A stretch of 64,000 nt of DNA from Malacoraja senta (taxonomy: Eukaryota): contig CM075992.1 in NCBI GenBank assembly GCA_038087875.1, positions 10,976,001 through 11,040,000 on the forward strand, given 5' to 3'. Within the stretch, counting starts at the first letter, position 1. Each line of letters begins with the position of its first letter. Under the pieces are notes generated by a model that worked only from the letters and a program-made list of their open reading frames with translations, did not search any database and had not been told where the DNA came from. Made by a program: the position numbers and the translations under genes. Positions 1 through 11,300 of the stretch are shown here, piece after piece.

Positions 1-336
1 GACATATAAGATTAGTAAGGATTTGGACACGCTAGAGGCAGGAAACATATCTCCAATGCTGGGGGAGTCCAGAACCAGGGGCCACAGTTTAAGAATAAGT
101 GGTAGGCCATTTAGAACGGTGAGTTGTGAATCTGTGGAATTCTCTGCCTCAGAAGGCAGTGGAGGCTAATTCTCTGGAGAGAGAGATAGATAGAGCTCTT
201 AAAGATAGCAGAGTCAAGGGATATGGGGAGAAGGCAGGAATGGGGTAATAATTATGGATGATCAGCCATGTCACAGTGAATGGTGGTGCTGGATCGAAGG
301 GCCGAATGGCATAATCCTGCACCTATTGTCTATTGT
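1..336 (+). mobile_element. CR1/HER1-type LINE 3' end
   Basis: ORF2 C-terminal sequence ([19 protein letters not shown]), conserved 3' UTR and CTATTGT tail; same family as 48647-49153. Confidence 0.85.
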
Positions 337-464
337 TTATTTCATGAAATATATATCTTTTTGGGGTTATTTTACTGATTATGTGTTAGAAAAATTCTAA
401 GCTTCTGTTATGTAAACTACCAGCAGAAAGCTTGAGAATCACTTTCAATTTATTGAAAAAGCAG

Positions 465-979
465 GAGCTTCAGGGGGAGTTGCCCCTTGAACTCCCACCG
501 GGGCGCTGCCCCTGGACCCCTCTGAGGGCCTAGCCAGCCTCCTGGACCACCTGCCAATACTTCCTACTTTTTTCTGGAGGTGAATATCATGCTTAGTCCA
601 CATTGCTCAAAATTTTGGGGTCTACTGTATCAGAAGGGGTTTAAATTTTTTTTTTTAATAATATAGTGTAATTCAATACAAAATAATAGTTAAAATAAAA
701 ACTAAAAGGTTATTAAAGTATCATGTAGGCTAGACGTAAATGAAAAAAAGTTCAAATTAAGGATGTTTCTAAATTTATTTTTTCTATAAAATAATTATAA
801 ATAATTTAAAACACTATTAACATTTATGACAGAAATTAAAATTTGTGGTGATCTGTCATGGAACAACCCCATTTAAGAAGATAACAGTGGTTACCCAGAT
901 CTCATTGCTGGTTGCGATTGCAAAGGGGCCCCTATAATAGTTCAAGCTTCAGGGCCTCAAAAATGTAGGTCCTCCACTG
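465..979. mobile_element. Degraded non-autonomous DNA transposon remnant (hAT-like right end)
   Basis: Ends ...AGGTCCTCCACTG (CAGTGG-type terminus) with a GC-rich internal module at ~468-556; no partner TIR found. Confidence 0.35.
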
Positions 980-1084
980 TGTAGGATAGTGCTGGTATAT
1001 GGGGTGATCACTGGCCGGCGTGGACTCGATGCGCTGAAGGCCCCGTTGCCATGCTGTATCTCTAAAGTCTAAAATCAAAAGTAG

Positions 1085-1500
1085 GTAGTTGAAGGAGGTG
1101 CAAAAAAAGCATTCAAAAGACACTTAGTGTTCATGGATATAAAAAGTTTAGAGGGATATAGGACAAACATGGGTAAATGTCGACAACCAATATACACTGC
1201 ATCTTGGGCAGCATGGATGAGTTGGGCCAAAGGGCATGTTTCTGCGCTGTATGACTCTATATTTTGCCAAAATGCAACACCTCATACTTATCTGCATTAA
1301 ACTCTATTTGCCATTCCTTGGTCCACTTATCCAGCTGTTCAAGATACTATCGTAATTTTTGATGACCATCTTCACTGTCTACGACCACCTACTTTTGTGT
1401 AATTTGCAAACTTACTAATCATGCCTTGCATGTTTTCATCCAAATCATTGCTATAAACCACAAATAACAATGGGCCCAACACCAATCCTTGAGGCTCAAC
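1085..1500. mobile_element. Old CR1 fragments (3' end on +, RT piece on -)
   Basis: 3' UTR-like gggccaaagggc...tatgactct; minus strand reads ISKFANYTK. Confidence 0.6.
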
Positions 1501-1644
1501 ATGAGTCACAGGCATTTCTGAATCAACTGCAATAATCTACAAGATGGTGTAGTGTGATGGCGATCTTTTGTGACGATATCACCAATACACTGAAGTAAAC
1601 AGGAAAGCTGTGAAATGCTCTTTACATCCTCTGATAAAAGCAAT

Positions 1645-1750
1645 GTATTGGAGGAACTCAGCAGCTCGGGCAGCATCTGTGGAGGGAATGAAGACGACAT
1701 TTCAGGTCGGGTGTGACAAAGGGTCCTGACCTGAAATGTCATCTGTCCAT
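1645..1750. repeat. Degraded fold-back Penelope pLTR piece
   Basis: gaactcagc...cagcatctgtggag followed by gacatttcaggtc / gacctgaaatgtc inverted pair. Confidence 0.55.
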
Positions 1751-2009
1751 CACATTCTTACTTCATTAATTAAAAAGATCATGGGATGTCAGGAAGTGAG
1801 TTGCTTGCCACAGAATACCCAGGCTTTGACCTGCACTTATGGTTGGTTGAGTTGGGTTTCATGTTGGCAGTGATATCCAGGGTTTGGACTACAGGGGACT
1901 CAATGACAGTACTATTGACTGTTAAGGGTAGCTGTTTAGACTCTCAACCTGAAGTTTATCACATGTTTCTTTATGGAGTCTGTGCCAGTTTGTATAACAA
2001 TCGCATTCC

Positions 2010-2250
2010 CCACTAATTTTCTCTGTAACCTGTGCTCCTCACCTTCCTATTAACTTGAGCTAGATCCTAACACTTGCCTACACAGGGTAATTTACAGTGG
2101 ACAATTAACAAACAACCTTGCATGCCTTCAGGATGTGGGTGAAAATTGGAGCACCCCGGCAAACACCCAATCACAAGGAGAGTAAGCAAACTCCACACAG
2201 CAGGTGGGCAGAGCTGAGAAGCAGTAGCTCTACTTGCTGCACTGCTGTGA
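2010..2250 (-). mobile_element. Degraded tRNA-derived V-SINE (HE1-like)
   Basis: Reverse complement of V-domain (tggagtttgc...gggtgctccaattttcacccacatcc). Confidence 0.6.
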
Positions 2251-2299
2251 TCTTTGCCTTGCATTTTCTATGAACATATGTTATTTGCTACTTATGAGG

Positions 2300-3060
2300 G
2301 TTTAGTTCGGGCAGAATTTGTAAAGTATATCCAGGACGGATTGGTGAAACAGTATGTAGATTTCCAACTGTGAAACGGGTTGTAAATATTGAACCTTATA
2401 GTGTGAAATGAGCCTGGCCAGGTGATCGAGATTTCGGTGGGGGAGGATATTCAGAAAACTGACTATTTTTCAATACGTTTTAAGGTTAGTTGTGCATAAG
2501 GGTAAGACCGAACCTTGGGTGAAAATGCTAAACTGGGAAAAGAAAAAGTATTAGGCAGGAACTGGGGAAAGTAAATTAAGGGTGTTTGAGAGTAAATCCA
2601 CCTCGGACATGGAGAGTTCATTTGATGGCCACCTGGTTAGAGCTTAGGATGAGCATGTCTCTGTGATGATGAAATATAAGGATAGCAATGTTTGGAAACC
2701 TTTGATGGCAAGTGATATTGTAAGTTTAGTCTAATAGGAAGCTTAGGTAAGGTTTAGGAAGCTGAAATTAGGCAAGGTGTTTAGAGAATATAAAAGTGGT
2801 AAGAATTAAGAAATTAGGAGGGAAAAATGGAAATATACTTGACGAGAAGAATTAAGGGGAATTACAAAGCATTTTATACATATATTAGGAGCAAGAGGTA
2901 GCAAGTGAGAGTAGGTCCACTTTATGACCAAAGAGGGAATTTATGTGTGGAGTCAGAGAAAGTGTATGAGGTCCTTAATGAATACGTTGCGTCGGTCTTC
3001 AGTAAGGAGAAGGACATGGATGATAATGAGAACAGGGGGAAGGGTTGATATTAGGGGACA
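2300..3060 (+). mobile_element. Degraded CR1 ORF2 fragment (endonuclease end/linker)
   Basis: Motifs LNWEK, KAFYTYIRSKR, EVLNEYVASVFSKE with many disablements. Confidence 0.65.
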
Positions 3061-3077
3061 TAGAACAGTATAACCCT

Positions 3078-4566
3078 TATCCAATTTATTCCCATTTATC
3101 AGCAGGGCTGTGGCACAGAAGATGCTGTTGCCTCCTTAGTTCATATTATCTCTAAACATTTAGACAAGCCCAACACCTATGCAAGAGCCCTCTTTCTAGA
3201 TTTTTCGTCAGCTTTCAACACAATTCAATCAGACATTTTGGTGTAAAAAATAGACCAGCAGAAACTAAATCCCTATCTGATTCACTGGTATGCTTCTTTT
3301 CTCACTAACACAGTACAGATAGTAAAGGTGAATAAAACCCTTTCATCTGCCATCACAACCAACGTCGGGGCACCCCAGGGTTGTATGAGTTCAGCTATGC
3401 TGTTTACCTTTTATACTGATTATTGTCGTACAGATACACCTAATCAATATATTCTAAAGTACTCAGATGATACAGTTCTATTATCTCTTTTAAGTAACTC
3501 AGACAACCCGGGCTGCACCAACTTGGCGTGAGCAAATTGGTCGAGTGGACTGAAAATAATGTTCTTGAGATTAACATAAAGAAAACAGAAGAGATTGTAT
3601 TTGGCTCACCATCTGACTCATAAAGTTTCACTTGTTACCAATAACAAAAAATTAGGAGCAGGTGTCTTCATTTAAATACTTGGGTGTAACGATAGACTAT
3701 CAGTTATCATGGAATAACCACATTGATAAGATTTGCAATAAGACAAAACAAATAATCTGGTTTGGTACACAAAAATGCTGGAGAAACTCAGCAGGTGCAG
3801 CAGCATCTATGGAGCGAAGGAAATAGGCAACGTTTTGGCCCGAAACGTTGCCTATTTCCTTCGCTCCATAGATGCTGCTGCACCCGCTGAGTTTCTCCAG
3901 CATTTTTGTGTACCTTCGATATTCCAGCATCTGCAGTTCCTTCTTAAACAAAGAATCTGGTTTCTCCGCCGACTAAGATCATTCAGAGCAAGTAAACAAA
4001 TCCTTTTATTATTTTTTCCTGCCACGATAATGAGTGTTTTGCAGTATTGTAACACTACTTGGTACAAGAGTCTGTCTGCTACTTCTAAATCCAAACTGCT
4101 CCAACAAATAAAAATTTGCTCAAAGATTGTAGGTCAACCACTACAAAAATTGTATCTATCATTCTACCTTAAAAACATACTAAGGATGGCCATTAACATT
4201 TCCTCCGACAACAACCACGTTCTGAATAGTGAGTACAATTTGTTACCATCAAACCGGAGATATAAGGTTCCAAAATTTAATAAGGTTAGAATGAGGGGCT
4301 CTTTTGTGCACCAGTCAATCCTTGAACTAAACACGGCGCTTAAGCCCAGATCAAACGTATGCTGACGGGCCATAAATGTGGTCTTCTGTTATTGTAATTA
4401 TTGTCTTGTCGAATGTTGGTATTTTGGGATCCTGTCTTGATATCTTGATGCGTACCTTCTTTCGCCCCTCTTGTCTTTTTTGTGATGCTGTAAATGGAGC
4501 TTCTGTGATGCAAAACAAATTTCAGACTTGCTCTGACAATAAAGTATTATCGTATCGTATTGTATC
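3078..4566 (+). mobile_element. Rex1/Babar-type LINE, 5'-truncated RT pseudogene
   Basis: HLDKPNTYARALFLDFSSAFNTI, GAPQGC, KYSDDT, QRIWFLRRLRSF; AATAAA followed by (TATCG)n tail. Confidence 0.85.
3764..3945 (+). mobile_element. Fold-back Penelope-pLTR-derived insertion with 18-bp TSD
   Basis: Near-perfect palindrome 3764-3914; TSD AAACAAA(T/G)AATCTGGTTT at 3746-3763 and 3946-3963. Confidence 0.8.
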
Positions 4567-4574
4567 AGCGAATT

Positions 4575-5605
4575 GTCAATATTCCTGCATTCTCTGCCTG
4601 TTCATGTGCCTGTGTAAATCTCTTCAGTGTTGCTGTTGTATCTACTTCAATCCCCTCCCTGTCAGCATGATCCTAGCATCCATAATTTTCTGTCTAAAAC
4701 AATTGCCTCACCCATTTCCATTAAACTTTGCCTTTCTTACCTTAATGATATGCTCTCTAGCATTTGACATTTTCATTCTGGGAGAAAGACTCAGACTATC
4801 TACCCTATCTCTGTTTCCCTCATAACTTCATGAAACTCTACCTCTGACGGTCCATGGAACATAGTTCAAGTCATCCAATCTCACCTATAGTTAATACATC
4901 TTCATTCAAATAACAGTTGTCAACCTCTTCTTCACCCTCTCAAAGCCTCCACATCCTTCCTGTAAGGAGCAACCAGGTCTCACATAATACTCCAAATATG
5001 ACCTAACAAAAGCTGAATATGACTTCCTGACTTTGATTCTCAATGCCGCCGAGCGATGAAGGCAAGTTTGCTCCTTAACTTTTTCCCAAGCTATAAGTTA
5101 TGTGCCACATTCAATAAGTTAGGTACTTGCAACCGAAGATACCTCTGTTTGTCAATGTTCCCAAGGTCCTGCCATTTATTGTGTACTTATAAGATCATAA
5201 ACATAGGAGCAGAATTAGACTATTTTACCCATCGAGTTTGCACTGCATTCAATCATGGCAGATCCATTTTTCCCTCCCAACCCCATTTTCCAGCCTTCTC
5301 CCGTAACCTTTGACACATTTACAGTACTTATTGAGAACCTATTAATCTCCTCTTTAAAAATACCCAATGACTTGGCCTCCACTGCTGTCTGTGCAATGAA
5401 ATCCACAGATTCACCTGTGGCTAAAGAAATTCTTCTTCAATTCCATTCTAAAGTACTCCTTTTATTCTGAGGCTGTGCTCCTCGTCCTAGACTCTCCCAT
5501 TAGTGGAAACATGCACTGTATCCACTCTCTCTGGGCCTTTCCTTCTTCGGTAGGTTTCAATGAGATTTTGTCTCGTCCGCCTAAACTCCAGTGAGTAATT
5601 AGGCT
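4575..5605 (-). mobile_element. Two CR1 3' fragments
   Basis: Minus strand MFPLMGESRTR, TAVEAKSLGIFK and CR1 3' UTRs. Confidence 0.7.
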
Positions 5606-6220
5606 TCCAACCCTCCAATATGGGAACTGCAATATGTCAAATTTTGGAAACACAAAATCATTCCATTAACCCATTGCGACTTCTGTTTACTTGTTTCCGT
5701 GTTGGATGACTATGGTTCTATAGGTTGTTCTTTTTTACTTGATCAATAATTACCAGATGGGTAGTGATGGCAGTGAGTGGAATGATCTGTTCCTCTTGTG
5801 GGATGAGGGACACCAGAGAGGTCTTGTGCTCTGCCAACCTAGTGTGTATGAAGTGTGTCCTCTGGGAGCACACGGATTGTTATGGCAATTGTACTCATTG
5901 AGGAGCGGGCAGAGTGGCACCATGACCAGCTTGAATATACAGCAGGGAGAGTCGCAGTGTCGGCAGGCCAGGTGACAGCAAGTGCTATAGTCAGTGATCG
6001 TGATAGAGAATCAGCCATGATCACATCAACGGATGGAATATTCCCCAGGGCTGAATGGCCTCCTCATGCTATCTACTCCCTTTCAAATTGCCTTCCCATG
6101 TAAGTAGTTGCCAGCCAACTTACAAATCGAGTGAGTGTGGGGAATTGCCCTTCCTCAGGTCTCCCTCAGGGCCGCCCTTGCCTTCTCTCATTCATAGAGT
6201 CATATGGTATGGAAACAAGC

Positions 6221-6420
6221 NNNNNNNNNNNNNNNNNNNNNNNNNNNNNNNNNNNNNNNNNNNNNNNNNNNNNNNNNNNNNNNNNNNNNNNNNNNNNNNN
6301 NNNNNNNNNNNNNNNNNNNNNNNNNNNNNNNNNNNNNNNNNNNNNNNNNNNNNNNNNNNNNNNNNNNNNNNNNNNNNNNNNNNNNNNNNNNNNNNNNNNN
6401 NNNNNNNNNNNNNNNNNNNN
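6221..6420. other. Assembly gap (200 N)
   Basis: Run of N. Confidence 1.
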
Positions 6421-6452
6421 CAAATCCCAGAAACTATTCAGGAGCTGAAACT

Positions 6453-9086
6453 CTACTGGCGCGACAAGGCGTCAGCCAAGACATTATCCTTGCCACGGAT
6501 ATGCCTGACCTCCAGGTTGTAGTCTTGCAGCTGCAAACTCCAGCTCATTAACCGCCGGTTCTTATTCTTAATACTTTTCAAAAATACCAACGGATTATGA
6601 TCCATGAGTACGATGACAGGGACATTCGAGGAGCCAACATAAACCTCGAAATGATTCAACCTCGAAATTATTAAAATAGCAAGGGCTTCTTTCTCAATGG
6701 TGGAGTACCACTTCTGATGACGATTAAACTTCTTAGAGAAGTACGAAACTGGATGCTCCACCCCATCTGAATCATCCTGTAGAAGAACTCCCCCAACCCC
6801 ACGATCAGTAGCATCCACTGCCAGCTTAAATGGACGCTCAAAATCAGGTGCCGCAAGCACAGGTGCGCGCACCAGAAAACTTTTAGTATGATCAAAGGCT
6901 TGTTGACACTCTGCGGACCACACAAAAGCTACCTTCGGACTCAGCAAATCCGTCAAAGGGGTAGCCACCGTAGAGAAGTTTGGACAGAATCCTCTATAGT
7001 ACCCAACCATAGCCAGATACCTACGGAGTTCAGTCCACGAGGTAGGAGCAGGAAATGCGACAATATGCCCCACCTTTTTCTTGAGAGTACGAACCTGACC
7101 CCGGCCCACCACCTTACCCAGATACGTTACCGTGGCCTGGCCAAACTCACACTTCCCCAGATTGATCGTTAGTTTTGCCTCCCCTAGACGATGAAATACC
7201 TCCTTCAGATGATCGATGTGTTCGATCCACGACCTGGAGCACACAACCAAATCATCAAGGTATGCCTCACAGAAGGACAAACCAGACAATACAATGTTCA
7301 CCAACCGTTGGAAGGTTGCCGGCGCATTGCGCATCCCAAATGCCATTACTGTGTACTGAAGAAAGTTATCAGGCGTAACGAACGCAGAGATCTCCCTCGC
7401 CCGCCTAGTCAAAGGAACTTGCCAATACCCTTTTTTACTTGATCCAATAATTACCAGATGGGTAGTGATGGCAGTGAGTGGAATGATCTGTTCCTCTTGT
7501 CCAACTAACAAGTCCAACTTAGACACAAAAGATGCACTTCCCACAAGATCCACGCAATCCTCCATTCGTGGGAGAGGATAGCAATCCGGCTTAGTTACAC
7601 CATTCACTTTCCGAAAGTCCATGCAAAACCTGTCCTCCCCATTAGCCTTCGTAGCCAGTGGACACGGAGAACTCCACGGACTACAACTAGGTTCAGCAAT
7701 GCCATGCCGCAGCAGACAGTCAACCTGACTCCCTAGACGATGACGCCTGTCAGGGTTGACCCGATACGGATGCTGTTTAATTGGCGCAGCACCGGCCACG
7801 TCAATGTCATGCTGCAGCACAGACGTCTGAGAAGGCACGTCCGAGAACAGTGACCCATTTGACTCCACCAAAGCAAGCAGATCACCCCGCTGACTTTCAG
7901 TCAAATGAGACAACCGCAAGAGAAGCGACTCCAAAGCCTCAGAGTTACACAGCCTTCCCTGCGTCACTGCCACAGACAACCGTGCCTCACACACATCACC
8001 ACCCGTGTCAGGGGGCAGCACTGCTGCAGCCAAAACAGGCTTAGACAAAACCGAAGGACACAGCACCTCCCCATCAACCTCCACAGGCTCCTGCTCATGG
8101 TACTGTTTCATCATGTTGACATGACAGAGCTGAGTCTTACGCCTTCGATCAGGGGTACCAATAACATAATCCCTTTCACCAACCTTCTTAACCACCTGAT
8201 AGGGTCCGCTATACCGAGCCTGCAGACTGGAACCAGGAATAGGCAACAACACCAGGACCTTATCCCCTGGAGAAAAATTCCTACTAGAAGCCTTCCTGTC
8301 GAACCACCCCTTCATCCTAGACTGAGCAGAAGCAAGATTACCCATTGCCAGTTCGCATGCCCTCTTCAGTCTAGACCGAAAGGTACAGACGTGGTCTAAA
8401 ATACTACGTTTTGTATCCTCCTGCAACCATTTCTCCTTTAGGACCCTCAACGGACCACGTACAGTATGCGCGAACACCAGGTCAGCAGGACTGAACCCTA
8501 AAGACTCCTGCACGACCTCATGCACCGCAAACATAACTAGATGAACCACCTCATCCCAGTCTTTTTCAAACTCCAGGCAGTAAGTCCTCAACATAGATTT
8601 CAAAGTCTGGTGAAACCTCTCGAGAGCTCCCTGGCTCTCAGGGTGATACGCATTGGAGTAACAATGCTTAATATCTAACAACTTCATTACCTGACCAAAA
8701 ACCTTCGACATGAAGTTGGAACCTTGGTCACTCTGCACAACCTTGGGCAAACCGAACAACGAAAAAAAATTAGTGAGAGACTTCACAATGGTAGGGGCAG
8801 TAATTCTACGGAAAGGGACCACCTCCGGAAAGCGGGTAGACGCACACATAAATGTCAATAAAAACTTGTTGCCCACCCTTGTCCGAGGTAGAGGACCCAC
8901 ACAATCAACTAAAATCCGCTCAAACGGCTCACCGACCACAGAGATTGGATATAAAGGCGCAGGAACAATCGACTGGTTCGGCTTTCCTGCCACCTGGCAA
9001 ATGTGACAACACCTGCACTGCTGTTTCACGTCCTTTTTCAACCCTGGCCAAAAAAAATTCCGTAAGATACGGTCATACGTCTTATT
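6453..9086 (-). CDS. Gmr1-like pol, open segment: integrase, then RT, then RNase H
   Basis: 862-aa ORF: CCHICQ, VDCVGP, SDQGSNF, ESQGALERFH (INT); DFRKVN, AFGMRNAPATFQR, YLDD (RT); LAVDA, IEKEALA, DHNPL, NVLADALSR (RH). Confidence 0.9.
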   Translation of the reverse strand, partial: NKTYDRILRNFFWPGLKKDVKQQCRCCHICQVAGKPNQSIVPAPLYPISVVGEPFERILVDCVGPLPRTRVGNKFLLTFMCASTRFPEVVPFRRITAPTIVKSLTNFFSLFGLPKVVQSDQGSNFMSKVFGQVMKLLDIKHCYSNAYHPESQGALERFHQTLKSMLRTYCLEFEKDWDEVVHLVMFAVHEVVQESLGFSPADLVFAHTVRGPLRVLKEKWLQEDTKRSILDHVCTFRSRLKRACELAMGNLASAQSRMKGWFDRKASSRNFSPGDKVLVLLPIPGSSLQARYSGPYQVVKKVGERDYVIGTPDRRRKTQLCHVNMMKQYHEQEPVEVDGEVLCPSVLSKPVLAAAVLPPDTGGDVCEARLSVAVTQGRLCNSEALESLLLRLSHLTESQRGDLLALVESNGSLFSDVPSQTSVLQHDIDVAGAAPIKQHPYRVNPDRRHRLGSQVDCLLRHGIAEPSCSPWSSPCPLATKANGEDRFCMDFRKVNGVTKPDCYPLPRMEDCVDLVGSASFVSKLDLLVGQEEQIIPLTAITTHLVIIGSSKKGYWQVPLTRRAREISAFVTPDNFLQYTVMAFGMRNAPATFQRLVNIVLSGLSFCEAYLDDLVVCSRSWIEHIDHLKEVFHRLGEAKLTINLGKCEFGQATVTYLGKVVGRGQVRTLKKKVGHIVAFPAPTSWTELRRYLAMVGYYRGFCPNFSTVATPLTDLLSPKVAFVWSAECQQAFDHTKSFLVRAPVLAAPDFERPFKLAVDATDRGVGGVLLQDDSDGVEHPVSYFSKKFNRHQKWYSTIEKEALAILIISRLNHFEVYVGSSNVPVIVLMDHNPLVFLKSIKNKNRRLMSWSLQLQDYNLEVRHIRGKDNVLADALSRQ

Positions 9087-10470
9087 TTTTTTTTTTTTTT
9101 TTTTTTTTTAATTTTTATTTATTAGAAGTACATTACATTACAACCACATACATTAATACTCGTCATTTATATCTTCTTACAATTAATGTACTCCCTTTAT
9201 TTATTTTTTTACACTAGAGAAAGAAAAGATTGAAAGAGAGAAGAAAGTGAAGGAAAAAGTGCAAGTGTAGAAAATGTAACAACAAAAAAGGACGAAGACC
9301 GTATAAGAGCGAAATTAAAAACAAAAAGAAAAAGAGTTAAGAAATAGGCCCTAAGAAAAGAAAAGAGAAAGAGAAAAAAAGAAAAACAAATGTTTTTTTT
9401 TTGAGCATCACGTAAATAGGACATACCAACTCTTCAACTATCATCCCCCCTTACCCGACCTCAATTTTTTTATTTTTTTAAAGTACTTTTGCACCCTATG
9501 TTTGTAATAATTCTATAAATGCAGACCACGTCAGGTGGAAGTGATCTGGTTTACCTGCTAGGAGGAGTCTTATCTCTTCAAGGTGTAATGTTTCAAACAT
9601 ATTTGAAATCCACATATTTATAGTTGGTATTGGAGCCTTCTTCCAAAATTTTAGAATTAGCTTTTTTCCAGTTATTAACCCATAATCCATTAATTTCTTT
9701 TGAAACACATTTAGTTCTGGATCATCTTCCGTTATTCCGAAGATAATCCATTCTGCTTTGGGTATCAGTCTTGTTTTAAATAACTTTGTAAAGATTTCAA
9801 AAATTTCATTCCAAAATTTTTGAATTTTTGTACAGAAGACAAATGAGTGCGCTATAGTTGCTTCTTGGGATTGACATTTATCACAAATAGATGATACGTT
9901 TGGGAAAATTTTATGAATTTTAGTTTTCGAATAATATAATCTATGTAAAATTTTAAATTGTATTAAAGTGTGTCTTACATTAATCGAGCATTTATGCACT
10001 TTTAATAAGTATTCATTCCAACTTTCCTTTGAAATTTTAATAGCTAACTCTTGTTCCCAGTCTCTTCTGATACCCTCCGTAGATGGTATTTGTGCATTTA
10101 AGATAATATTGTACAAATATGATATTAAGTTTGCTGATTCCGCTTTTATCTGCATTGCCTCGTCCAGTACATCTGCTGGGTTATTATGATGATCTTTTAT
10201 ATATTTTTTCAAATAGTCGCATATTTGAAAGTATTTAAAATATTGATTATTTCCGAGTTTATATTTTATTTGTAATTGTTGAAATGAAAGTAATTTTCCA
10301 GTTTCATACAAGTCACCAAGCGTTTTAATTCCTAGTCTATCCCATTGTGTATAAGCTTTATCTATAATAGAAGGACTAAACGAAGGGTTATTGACTATAG
10401 GTAATAAAAGTGATAAGTTTCTTAATTTTAAATTTTGTTTTATTTGTTTCCAAATACGGATTGTACTATT
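9087..10470 (-). mobile_element. 5'-truncated L1 inserted in the Gypsy integrase zinc finger
   Basis: Poly-T at 9085-9109; ORF2 C-terminus with CDKC...HSFVFC; TSD GTCTTATT at 9079-9086 and 10471-10478; removal restores HLGVNKTYDRILRNFFWPG. Confidence 0.92.
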
Positions 10471-11300
10471 GTCTTATTGACCCCCAAATGTCCACCCAGA
10501 GGACCATCATGAGCCAAACAGAGTATCTCGTCCCTATACCGACGAGGTATTACAATCTGATCAACCACGCTCCAATCATCATGCCCAGATATATCCAAGG
10601 GAGACCACTTTCGCATCAGTAAGCCCTCCCTTAGAAAATACCCCTTTGCTGTGGAATCCATATCCCCTTCAGGCACCGCGCAGTGGAACAGATCAGATAA
10701 ACCTGGATCACTCTTTTGCTCCTCAACCAGCCGGTCACGTGACAGCGACACCGGCCCATTTCTAGACACTATCCCATCTTGTTATGTAGAAACACCCTTC
10801 ACAACACAGGATCCCTCATCCTGATCCCCAAAAATGCTCTCACTCAGGTCCACTACATCCCCAAACTTCGCCTGGCTCTTAGCCATAGCCCAAGCTGCGA
10901 AGACCCTCGGATGCTGCATAGCCAATCTATCAGGACTCTGCACCATCGGAACAGCCGTCACCCCAGGAGTAACTAAAACTCTACCTCCTGCCAAGTCATT
11001 CCCCAAAATTACTGGAACTCCCCCAACGGGAAAACACGGCCGTAACATAACAGTTACCCGGCCTGATACCAACTCGGACTCGAGACTCATGGTATGCAAA
11101 GGCACTACCATGCCATCCATCCCGAATCCTACCACAGGGATACTTGACCCAACCGATGATTCCCCAGAAAATGGCAGTACACTATCCAATATAAAGGACT
11201 GAGTAGCACCAGTATCACGCAAGATGGATACTGGAACTCTTATCACCCCCATCCTCCAGAGAAACAAAACCATTCATGATGAACGCAGAATAATTCCTAC
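10471..11300 (-). pseudogene. Gmr1-like protease and integrase N-terminus
   Basis: ILRDTGATQSFI, VILGNDL, LAHDGPLGGHLG; interrupted by stop/frameshift. Confidence 0.85.

Noticed and set aside
3775..4365. 196-aa ORF and mirror ORF 3700-3951 sharing an N-terminal peptide
   Set aside because: Chance read-through from the palindromic insert into Rex1 RT; the shared peptide is a consequence of the palindrome
6055..6551. ORFs spanning the first N run
   Set aside because: Gap artefacts
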